DNA of 24,000 bases from Promethearchaeota archaeon (GTDB taxonomy: Archaea > Asgardarchaeota > Lokiarchaeia > Sigyniarchaeales > SOKP01): NCBI GenBank assembly GCA_029838195.1, contig JALGVJ010000003.1, positions 65,623 to 89,622 on the forward strand, in the 5' to 3' direction. This document shows, piece by piece, positions 1-8,117 of the stretch (position 1 is the stretch's first letter; the number at the start of each line of letters is the position of its first letter). The notes beneath the pieces were generated by a model, which was not told the DNA's origin, did not search any database, and saw only the letters and a program-made list of their open reading frames with translations. A program made the position numbers and the translations under genes.

Positions 1-619
1 TAAACCAAGCATCTAAATAATAATGGTCAATTTTAATTGCTTTTTTTAGAGCCACTTTTGCTTGTTCATGATTGTTCATGCTCCGGTAAGCTAAACCAAG
101 ATTATACCACGCATCCACTGAGTTTTCATTGGTGCTCACGGCTTCTTTAAAAGCTTCAATTGCTTTAGAAAAATCTTCCATTTTTTGATAGGTCTGACCA
201 ATTTTAATCCAAATCCACGTGGAGGAAGGTTCTAATTCAAGGATTTTAAGATAAGTATCTAATGCGTCCTTGAAGCGAGATGTTTTTAAAAACGCATCTC
301 CCATCTTTTCTAAAGCTTCCATGGAATTGGGTTTTATTTTTAAAGCTTCCTTATAACTCTCAATTGCGTGTTCATAATCTTCTTTATTAAATAAATAATT
401 AGCTTTATCATAAATCAATTTGAAGCGGAGATAATTCGCCCGATTTCGGTATTCTTTCACTTTTTCTTTCGCTTTTTCAAGCAAAGAAGGATCTTGAGAA
501 TTATTAATCACTTTTAAAATTTTATCAACCGCACTCATGTATTTTGCAATAGCGAGTTTATATTCTCCCTTGGTATCATGGGAGAGGGCTTGTTTAGCCT
601 CTTCTAAAGCAATTTTCAT
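1..619 (-). CDS. MIT-domain + TPR-repeat protein (N-terminal part; the C-terminus runs off the left edge)
   Basis: Absent from the ORF track because it has no stop in the window. Hand translation of the minus strand starts at the ATG at 619-617, with in-frame TAA TAG stops about 60 nt upstream. It reads MKIALEEAKQALSHDTKGEYKLAIAKYMSAVDKILKVINNSQDPSLLEKAKEKVKEYRNRANYLRFKL, a three-helix MIT-like pattern alignable to the Vps4 MIT in this window. TPR-like repeats follow (...DAWYNLGLAYRSMNNHEQAKVALKKAIKIDHYYLDAWF). The frame is open to position 1. Confidence 0.75.
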   Translation of the reverse strand, partial: MKIALEEAKQALSHDTKGEYKLAIAKYMSAVDKILKVINNSQDPSLLEKAKEKVKEYRNRANYLRFKLIYDKANYLFNKEDYEHAIESYKEALKIKPNSMEALEKMGDAFLKTSRFKDALDTYLKILELEPSSTWIWIKIGQTYQKMEDFSKAIEAFKEAVSTNENSVDAWYNLGLAYRSMNNHEQAKVALKKAIKIDHYYLDAWF

Positions 620-874
620 GAGATTTAAGAGACCACTCGTGATATCTTCCCCTTTATGATTTTTAACTATTTTCTTTATACTCTATTAATTTACCCAAAA
701 CCAATTAAAGATATAAATGCATTTAATTCTTTCACGCTTTTATAAAAAACATGAAAAATGGTATTTAACTTTAAATTAGTCCAATTTTTTCAAAAATCGT
801 TATTTCTTGGCATTCTACTACAAGTTTTAAGATAAAAGAAAATAATAAAATACAAAAGTTTTGTAAATAAAACT

Positions 875-2209
875 TCATATTTTATATTGATCTTTAAGGA
901 AATTGAGAATGTATTTTTTTACTTTTTGTCGATTTGGCAAGCTGGCAATCATGCCATACATGGCAGCTTCACCTTTATCAACCTTCTCGGGATTCTCTTT
1001 CACCTCTCTGACAGCATCTTTTAAATCTTTCAGAAATTTGTCAGCAATTTTAGAATGATGCGGATTCACGATCATGTGAAGAGCTGGGGGATATTGCAAT
1101 CTATCGAGATGCCATCCTTTTGAATCCAAGAAATCGCCTAATTGAAAAATATTAAACTCATCAGAAGTAAACGAAAAAACGCTCATTACAGGTTCTCCTA
1201 AGATATAGAGAGAATCCATGGCATTAATCTCGTTGATTATTTTTTTTGATGTATTCATGACTTCCTCTGCTAATTTTAAATATTTCTCTTTTCCAAGAGC
1301 TTTAATGCCTGCCCAAGCAGCGGCAATGGGCCCTCCCGCTCTCGTCCCTCGCATGGTTGGAGCAATATACACGCCTCCAGACCAGTCTGCATACACGTAT
1401 AATTGGTGTTTCCAAATTTTTTCAGTGCGATAAATGATAGTAGAAGTCCCTTTCGGTCCATAACCATATTTATGAATATCAGCAGAAATGGACGTCACGC
1501 CTGGTACAGAAAAATCAAACTCGGGAACGGGATATCCTAATTCTTTAACAAAAGGAAGCATGAAGCCTCCAAGACAAGCATCAACGTGCATGCCAATTCC
1601 ACGCTCTTGTGCAAGAGCAGCTATTTCTGAAATGGGATCTACGACTCCTCGGGGATAATCGCACGCAGATGCTATCAAGAGAATCGTATTTTCTGAGATC
1701 GCTTTTTTCATGGCTTTTACATCAGCACGATGAGTTTTTTCGTCAACGGGAACTCTTATCGATTTGACTTTGAAATATTCTGCACTTTTTTCAAAAGCAG
1801 GATGAGCGGAGCTAGGCATTACCATTTCTGGATTCTTAATGTGAGGGAATTTCTTTTCCGCCCATTCACGATATGTTAAAACTGCCGTCATGATTGATTC
1901 AGTCCCGCCAGAAGTCATGCTTCCACAACATTTTTTATCGCCATTAAGAAGATCTGCAACCATGGAAACTACTTCCGTTTCGAATTTCCTTAAACTCGGA
2001 AATGCTAACGGACTAAGTGCATTCTTAGAGAAAAACTTATCATGAGCTTTTTTCAAAAATGTGGCATGCTCCTCCGTAGCGTGATATACCAAACTCCAGA
2101 GTTTGCCTTCTTCCCATTTTACATCTTCACTTGCGATGGAATCCATCTCTTCCAAGATTTTTTCATGAGGAAGCCCTTTTTCAGGCATTTGAATTGTGGG
2201 TCTTACCAT
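875..2209 (-). CDS. PLP-dependent group II decarboxylase-fold enzyme, sphingosine-1-phosphate-lyase-like
   Basis: 444-aa ORF. It has the TSGGTESI motif and the PLP-lysine motif SADIHKYGYGPKGTSTIIYR, which closely resembles the S1P-lyase SADTHKYGFAPKGSS motif rather than the MfnA/GadB type. No N-terminal TM helix. Confidence 0.8.
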   Translation of the reverse strand: MVRPTIQMPEKGLPHEKILEEMDSIASEDVKWEEGKLWSLVYHATEEHATFLKKAHDKFFSKNALSPLAFPSLRKFETEVVSMVADLLNGDKKCCGSMTSGGTESIMTAVLTYREWAEKKFPHIKNPEMVMPSSAHPAFEKSAEYFKVKSIRVPVDEKTHRADVKAMKKAISENTILLIASACDYPRGVVDPISEIAALAQERGIGMHVDACLGGFMLPFVKELGYPVPEFDFSVPGVTSISADIHKYGYGPKGTSTIIYRTEKIWKHQLYVYADWSGGVYIAPTMRGTRAGGPIAAAWAGIKALGKEKYLKLAEEVMNTSKKIINEINAMDSLYILGEPVMSVFSFTSDEFNIFQLGDFLDSKGWHLDRLQYPPALHMIVNPHHSKIADKFLKDLKDAVREVKENPEKVDKGEAAMYGMIASLPNRQKVKKYILNFLKDQYKI

Positions 2210-2593
2210 TTTTTTTCTATCCCCTTCTAAAAATATTTATCTCATGAACATTCATATTATTAAATGAATAAATGATCGAGCCCTAGTAATATTTATTGCA
2301 TGTCCCAGCAATTACTAAGCTTTTAAATCATGAAAATAAAAATTGGGAGAAAATACCCTTCATGTCAATTTGGTTTCGTTTTTCTTCTTTTCTCTTTTCG
2401 AGAATTACTTTATTGGGTTTTACAATTCAAAATATTAGCGTGATCTGACCCATTATAAGAATTAGTTTTTAGAAAAACTTTTTCTATTTAGATCAATGTC
2501 TATCTAAGTGCGCGCAGATAAGGTTATAAAAGATATTTCAGACTATCCCTATATTAATCTTTATTTCCATCGATTTAACAAGAAAAAAAAGCA

Positions 2594-2974
2594 TTAATTC
2601 TTTCTTTCTTCCTCCTCATCAAGATGAAGTTCCGGCTTGAGAAGCGTGATCTTATTTAACATGCCGTGGATATCCGATTTAGAAATATCAATTTCAGATA
2701 ACCGTTCTTCAAACATTTTATTTCGATATTGTGGTATCTTTATTAGTAAATTTGGGGTATTTAAAAGATCAAAAGGAAAAGGGTTTAGATTCTGAACACG
2801 TAATGAAATCCCGTTGTTAAACGAGTTTCTTTTTTTAGGGGTTCTTATAATGAGAGGAAGATTTAATTCTAAATCCTTATATAATCTTTCCTTCGCCTGT
2901 TTTGGAAAAGAATGGGTTAATATTCTGCACGTGGGGCAATCTTCCTCAAATCCATGAATGCACGGCATGAGCAT
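2594..2974 (-). CDS. hypothetical small protein with an N-terminal Cys/His cluster (CIHG...CPTC)
   Basis: 126-aa ORF with no overlapping competitor. It has a possible zinc knuckle MPCIHGFEEDCPTCR and an acidic C-terminus. No family recognised. Confidence 0.4.
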   Translation of the reverse strand: MLMPCIHGFEEDCPTCRILTHSFPKQAKERLYKDLELNLPLIIRTPKKRNSFNNGISLRVQNLNPFPFDLLNTPNLLIKIPQYRNKMFEERLSEIDISKSDIHGMLNKITLLKPELHLDEEEERKN

Positions 2975-3263
2975 TAATAAATTTTGATATTTATTTGATT
3001 ATCTTGAATTAATGCTGTTATATATTCTTTTTTATTATCATTCATTAAAGATTCTTGAAAACACATGTCAAACGGCATAGTAAAATGATCATTGAATGAG
3101 AATCATTTTTTACTAAACTATCATTTAATAAAAGTATTGTGAGGCTTCTCATTTTGCATCCAAGAGTTTCACGAAAAATCTTGATGAAATTTGATCTTTT
3201 TCTTCATTTATTCTTATTAAAACCAGCAATCATGAATTAAAAAATAAATTATACTCCGATAAA

Positions 3264-4406
3264 ATGACAAGAGCAATCATTCTCTCTGGAGGTTGGGGCA
3301 CGCGATTGCGGCCCTTAACGTGTACGATTCCCAAAACCATGATTCCCGTTGTAAATCGGCCCGTAATAGAACGACAAATGTTATTGTTAAAAAAAGCGGG
3401 AATTAAGGAGATCGTGCTAGCCGTCAGTGTAATGGCAGATGCCCTAAAACAATACTTTAAAGATGGAGCTTCCTTGGGATTAAACATTCTTTATACGGAA
3501 GAAACACGACCAATGGGCACGGCGGGCGCCATAAAATTAGCAGAAGAACTGTTAGAAGGAGAAAACTTTTTCATGCTTAATGGTGATGTCATTCTCAATT
3601 TTGATTTTAAAGAAATGCTAAAAAATCACGAAGATCATGGAGGAATCGGAACTATTGCCAGTAAATCAGTAGACGACCCCTCTAGATATGGAGTTTTAAT
3701 AATTAATGAACAAACAATGCAGATTGAGAAATTTCTTGAAAAAGATGAGTATTCACCTCCGGAAGGTGAACCTATCCCCATGCCCATTAACGCCGGCGTA
3801 TACGTGCTGGAACCAGAAGTATTCAAGTACATTCCGACAAAGAAAAAAGTTTCTATTGAACGAGAAGTATTTCCCATCTTAGCTGAGGAAAAACGCTTAT
3901 ATCATTATCCCATAACGGGTATCTGGAAAGATATAGGGAAACCTACGGAACTATTAGACGGAAATATCTTATTACTACATGATATATTAAAAAATCATGT
4001 TATTAAAAGAGATAATCTCATTGATAATAGTTTAAACGTGGAAGGAAAGGTCATTATTTATCCTCCGTGTGCCATTGGCGAAAATGTTATAATCCGTAAA
4101 AATTGCATTATTGGTCCTAATGTAATTATCGGCGATAATGTGTATATCGATTCAGGAACGGAAATTAAAGATACACTCATTTATAATGAAACATTTATCT
4201 CAAAAAACGTGAAAATTGAAAGATCCATCATCTCGAATGATTGTCATGTCAAAAATGGCGTCATTTTAAAAGGAAATAAAAAGGGCTTGGTAATCTTAGC
4301 ATCTAATGTTGAAATCAAGGAAAACCTTCGCCTTATCAATAAATCACGTGATGACATCACGGTTTGTCATCACGAAGTAATTAAAGAGAATATTGAATAT
4401 TATTAA
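3264..4406 (+). CDS. NDP-sugar pyrophosphorylase (mannose-1-P guanylyl- / glucose-1-P nucleotidyl-transferase type) with a C-terminal left-handed beta-helix
   Basis: The N-terminus AIILSGGWGTRLRPLTCTIPKTMIPV matches the GGxGTRLxPLT nucleotidyltransferase signature. The C-terminal third has hexapeptide-like repeats (IGENVIIRKNCIIGPNVIIGDNVYI). Confidence 0.85.
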   Translation: MTRAIILSGGWGTRLRPLTCTIPKTMIPVVNRPVIERQMLLLKKAGIKEIVLAVSVMADALKQYFKDGASLGLNILYTEETRPMGTAGAIKLAEELLEGENFFMLNGDVILNFDFKEMLKNHEDHGGIGTIASKSVDDPSRYGVLIINEQTMQIEKFLEKDEYSPPEGEPIPMPINAGVYVLEPEVFKYIPTKKKVSIEREVFPILAEEKRLYHYPITGIWKDIGKPTELLDGNILLLHDILKNHVIKRDNLIDNSLNVEGKVIIYPPCAIGENVIIRKNCIIGPNVIIGDNVYIDSGTEIKDTLIYNETFISKNVKIERSIISNDCHVKNGVILKGNKKGLVILASNVEIKENLRLINKSRDDITVCHHEVIKENIEYY

Positions 4407-4439
4407 CTTAAGTTTTGTAAATTTATAATTTATCATTAT

Positions 4440-4679
4440 TTCCACTTTTTTAGAATATTATCGATTAATGGGCTGTTTTGGACGCCATTTTGGCAAGTAC
4501 ACGCTTCTGAATACCAAGGGAAAAGAAGTGCGTGCGTACCAGCCTCTCCTGTTTGAACGCTTTACCATCTGGGTCTACGAGTAATGTTCAAGAGGGCGGG
4601 AAATTCAAGACCTCTCGTGGTAATTCTGTGTAAGAAATTCCTAAAATCATGAGCTCATTCCATTTACGTGTTAGGGCAC
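4440..4679. other. ORF-free segment, visibly GC-enriched relative to the surrounding AT-rich spacers; candidate structured RNA or decayed gene remnant
   Basis: No ORF of 60 aa or more on either strand. Several complementary stretches are readable: GTACACGCTTCT (4487-4498) with AGAAGTGCGTGCGTAC (4514-4529), and CTACGAG (4575-4581) with CTCGTGG (4614-4620). I could not recognise any known RNA family signature (RNase P, SRP, tRNA). Confidence 0.25.
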
Positions 4680-4816
4680 GCAATTATTGTTGATGTCCGA
4701 ATCCGCATGATGTTTAAGGCCCTCTTATTCATGAAATAGAGAAGCATTAAAAGGAGGAAATAGAAGATCCAACAAACAAGCAATAAAAAAATACAAGACT
4801 TAAGTTATTAAATTAA
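4680..4816. repeat. Direct repeat copy A (~137 bp), paired with 9782-9919
   Basis: gcaattattgttgatgtccgaatccgcatgatg...aaatagagaagcattaaaaggaggaaatagaagatccaacaaacaagcaataaaaaaatacaagacttaagttattaaattaa aligns by eye to copy B. I count about 17 mismatches and one 1-nt indel, roughly 85-90 percent identity. Confidence 0.85.
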
Positions 4817-4855
4817 TAGTTTGCTTATTTGAATTTGGTAAAATAAGAAATGATG

Positions 4856-6406
4856 TTAATTTTCAAGTAAAGTTGATTCATCCATGTGCTCCCTTGCAAA
4901 TCTCAATCTATCCTGAATTATTTCCTTTCTAGTGATAATATCATTACATTTCTGACGCCATTCCACTAAACGACGTTTTAAATCATTCAATATCATTTCA
5001 TAATGATTATTTCCAATAAGATTATTCATTTCAAAAGGATCTTCCTTTAAATCATATAACTCGTCCTTGTCCTTATCATTAAAAATGTATTTATATCGTT
5101 CTGTAACGAGCATCCTCCCAATATTAATCGTAAAATGTCCATTCGATTCACACATTAAATCTTCTCTCCAAGTATTCATATCATCAGTGAACATGGATAA
5201 TAGGCTCTGCCCATGAACATTATGTGGAAATGAAGAACCCGTTGCATCTAAAATAGTTAGAGGAATATCTAAGTTACTCACGAGAAGATCTGATTTTTTT
5301 CCTGCCGGAATGACGCCTGGAAACCGTAATCCCAGTGGAATGCGCACCATCTCCTCGGGCATGTAAGCATCCTTATCAAAATGACCTCCATGACATCCTA
5401 CTGCATCTCCATGATCTGCCGCTAAAATAATTAACGTGTTTTTTTCAAAACCCAGCTTATCCAAGGTATCTATTATTAATCCCGCTGCTTCATCTATCAA
5501 TGTTTGTTGGGCATAATTTAATGCTAAAATTTTTTGCCATTCTGACCAAGGTAAAGGATTTGGAAATATTATTTTACCATTCTTGTTCAATGGATAATTT
5601 CTCTCAAATTTATAAAGTCTAGGTTTATTTTTTAAGTCATCTCTAAAACTTGGATGCTCAGGTATTTTTTCTGGGGGATAAAGGTTTAAATATTCCTGGG
5701 TTGCATAATAAGGTTGGTGAGGTCCCCAAAAATCTACCCGCAAGTGAAAGGGTTCTTGGTTGCCTCGTTCTGCAATCTCTATCAATTTCTCACATGCTAA
5801 ATGTGCTAAAAAAAAGGCTTCATGCGTTTCTTTAGGACTTGTCATTATTCCGATTGTGTCTTCATTACTAGCAGCACGATTAAGGAAATGAGGCTCACCC
5901 TTTAATATTTTAGCTTGTAATTCTTTTCCTAATTTCGAGGAGGGCGGTACGAAACTTCTCTGAAGTTTCAATTGAAAATCGGGCAAATTGTTCTTTTTTA
6001 AATAGTCCTTATATTCGGGTTTCGTATATGGATTATTATAATCAGGATAACTAAAGCCTTCACAATGGTGATCGTGAGCCGTGCCATCGCCCGCATGCCA
6101 TTTACCATAATAATAATTATGATATCCTTCCTCTGCTAATATATCTAAATACGTCTTAAATTTAAAAGGAACAAAGGAAAAATTAGAAAGAACACCGTGC
6201 GTGTGAGGAAAAACTCCCGTCAACATGGAACGCCGAGCGGGAGCACATAGTGGGCAACAAGTATATGCTCGAAGAAATTCAACGCCTTGTGATACCAGTT
6301 TTTCGAACGTAGGTCTCTGAATTTTCGGACCACCCACGCTTTCTCCATGACCATAAAATGCTTGATGATCATTTAATAAAAACACGATATTAGGTTTTTC
6401 TGTCAT
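4856..6406 (-). CDS. Cys-type sulfatase (formylglycine-dependent arylsulfatase family), apparently cytoplasmic
   Basis: 516-aa ORF. It has the sulfatase signature CAPARRSMLTG (C-x-P/A-x-R-xxx-L-TG) in ...YTCCPLCAPARRSMLTGVFPHTHG. The N-terminal NIVFLLNDHQ matches the metal-binding strand, and GKWH and AADHGD motifs are present. It starts MTEKPNIVF with no signal peptide or TM helix. Confidence 0.9.
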   Translation of the reverse strand: MTEKPNIVFLLNDHQAFYGHGESVGGPKIQRPTFEKLVSQGVEFLRAYTCCPLCAPARRSMLTGVFPHTHGVLSNFSFVPFKFKTYLDILAEEGYHNYYYGKWHAGDGTAHDHHCEGFSYPDYNNPYTKPEYKDYLKKNNLPDFQLKLQRSFVPPSSKLGKELQAKILKGEPHFLNRAASNEDTIGIMTSPKETHEAFFLAHLACEKLIEIAERGNQEPFHLRVDFWGPHQPYYATQEYLNLYPPEKIPEHPSFRDDLKNKPRLYKFERNYPLNKNGKIIFPNPLPWSEWQKILALNYAQQTLIDEAAGLIIDTLDKLGFEKNTLIILAADHGDAVGCHGGHFDKDAYMPEEMVRIPLGLRFPGVIPAGKKSDLLVSNLDIPLTILDATGSSFPHNVHGQSLLSMFTDDMNTWREDLMCESNGHFTINIGRMLVTERYKYIFNDKDKDELYDLKEDPFEMNNLIGNNHYEMILNDLKRRLVEWRQKCNDIITRKEIIQDRLRFAREHMDESTLLEN

Positions 6407-6570
6407 AATTTCTTAAACCCATTAAACATAAAATATCTTTTGAAACCGTTAAGGGAAATTAATTTATTTTTATAAGTAAGGTAAGGTAAAAAAAAAAGTA
6501 AAGTAAGAATAATTTAATAGTTTACTTTATTGTTCTCCAAGATTTTCTCTAAAGATAAACATTAACATTT

Positions 6571-7854
6571 CTACTTAGATTCAACGGTTTCCTTATACTT
6601 GAAATCTTTCGCTATTATAACGGGTATTAAAGCCAATAGAATAAAGATCGCCCCAACAAAATATATTAAGGGAGGTGGAACAGTTCCCTCTACTCCTTCT
6701 ATCACGATGGGCTTCCCATATTGCATGGAAATTATTCCTCCTATAAGAGGGCCAAAAATCATTCCAATTAGAACCTCAAAGATCAAACAATATCCGCTAA
6801 ATTGACCATACTTTTCGGGAGGATATAAATCCTTGATCCACGTTTGAACGGAAATGCGCCATGAAGTCATGAAAAGTACCCATAGAACGCCCGTAATTAT
6901 CAAGAAAATAAGATCCCTTGCTAAAGCATATAAACATAAGAATATGGCTTGGCAAATAAGAGAAAGAATGGCTATTTTTTTCCTTCCAAATTTATCGGTT
7001 AAGATGCCTATAGGAACACCCAAAATGATTGAAACCAATATGGCAATAGAAACCACTAATGCAGCTATTTCAAGAGGTAATCCCACGTGATGCTGGAGAT
7101 AAATCAACACGAAAGGAAAATATACGTTAAAACCCACTGCGAATACTCCCATTCCAATTAGAAGTATGAAATAATTCTTGTTATTTCTCAGCATCTCTTT
7201 ATTGAACGAGCTCTTAATATGTTGAAATACGCTAACTTGTAATGGTTTGAGATCTTCAGAATCTGTAGCTAAATAGACACCGGGCAGCCCCAACACTCCC
7301 GTGACAATTCCGGCGAGAATGAAAAAGAGGTAATATCCAACAGCTGACACGATAAATCCAGTAATAGCGTAAATAATCATAAAAGATATGAGAGTCGTGA
7401 CTTCCATAATACTTACGGCTTTTCCCCGATTTTCTAACGTGGTAACATCCGTGACGTAAGCAGTAAAGGCAGCATCATATGCAGTTGCCCCAAAATATGT
7501 CATGATACAATCAAAAATAATTGCCATGGCCACTGCAAGAATCACAGGTTTAAAAAAAGCAGCAAACGGAAATATGGCTGTGGTGAAGATCCAACCAATA
7601 TATCCAAATATCATGAAAGCTCTTCTCTTTCCTCGCACATCGGAGATCGCACCCATTACGATAGCAGTAATCGTGGACATTACGGCTGAAATAGAGACCA
7701 TTAGTGAAACATAAATGGGCACGGGAGCAATTTCATTATATAAAAAGACATTAAAAAATTGATTTTCTATGGCCCAAGCGATATTTCCTCCTAATGAAAT
7801 TAAAAGAATGATGATAGCAGTTCTCTTTTCTAATTTAATTTTATTAGTACTCAT
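6571..7854 (-). CDS. MFS-type (GPH-like) membrane transporter
   Basis: 427-aa highly hydrophobic ORF with about 12 predicted helices by eye. It has the loop motif GAISDVRGKRRAFMIFG, typical of MFS/GPH loop 2-3. Confidence 0.8.
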   Translation of the reverse strand: MSTNKIKLEKRTAIIILLISLGGNIAWAIENQFFNVFLYNEIAPVPIYVSLMVSISAVMSTITAIVMGAISDVRGKRRAFMIFGYIGWIFTTAIFPFAAFFKPVILAVAMAIIFDCIMTYFGATAYDAAFTAYVTDVTTLENRGKAVSIMEVTTLISFMIIYAITGFIVSAVGYYLFFILAGIVTGVLGLPGVYLATDSEDLKPLQVSVFQHIKSSFNKEMLRNNKNYFILLIGMGVFAVGFNVYFPFVLIYLQHHVGLPLEIAALVVSIAILVSIILGVPIGILTDKFGRKKIAILSLICQAIFLCLYALARDLIFLIITGVLWVLFMTSWRISVQTWIKDLYPPEKYGQFSGYCLIFEVLIGMIFGPLIGGIISMQYGKPIVIEGVEGTVPPPLIYFVGAIFILLALIPVIIAKDFKYKETVESK

Positions 7855-8117
7855 GCTATATCCACCTTATTGTTAAAGTTAAATTTCTAAATCTTTAATT
7901 TAATTAATAGTTGCATTTTTAAATTATTAAAAAGACTTGAATCAAAGACTATTTGTTTATCTTTCCCATGAACATTTTTTTTAAAATGTTTAAAATATAT
8001 AATTAATTACACAATATACATTTTTTAATTGGAAGATTTTTCTCATGGCTCATTTTTGAATGGAATCAAGTAGAAATGAGTCAATATTTACAATTAACAT
8101 CATAAAGGGGAAAAAGA

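Noticed and set aside
3082-3111. Inverted repeat AAAATGAT...ATCATTTT followed by a T-run, upstream of the nucleotidyltransferase gene
   Set aside because: An 8-bp all-A/T-rich stem is expected by chance at this base composition, and no adjacent gene end needs a terminator there.
3230-3487. 85-aa minus-strand ORF overlapping the 5' end of the nucleotidyltransferase gene, and 3635-3877 inside it
   Set aside because: Both lie antisense to a gene with a clear GGxGTRLxPLT signature and contain no motifs.
4440-4679. Possible RNase P RNA or SRP RNA in the GC-enriched spacer
   Set aside because: I could not find the universally conserved blocks. These would be GGAAAGUCC or ACAGAA-type CR motifs for RNase P, and the GGAA/AGCA helix-8 motif for SRP. 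The segment is also short for either RNA. It is kept only as an unidentified candidate.
4694-4712. GTCCGAATCC / GTTCGAATCC inside both repeat copies looked like a tRNA T-loop, which would suggest a tRNA 3'-end att site
   Set aside because: The flanking bases (TGATG...CCGCA) cannot form a T-stem on either strand. No acceptor, D or anticodon arm could be built, with or without assumed introns.
6470-6525. gtaaggtaaggtaaaaaaaaaagtaaagtaag low-complexity stretch between the sulfatase and the MFS gene
   Set aside because: This is a short, degenerate A/G-rich repeat in an AT-rich spacer. It has no regular spacing or second copy, so it is not CRISPR-like or a tandem array.
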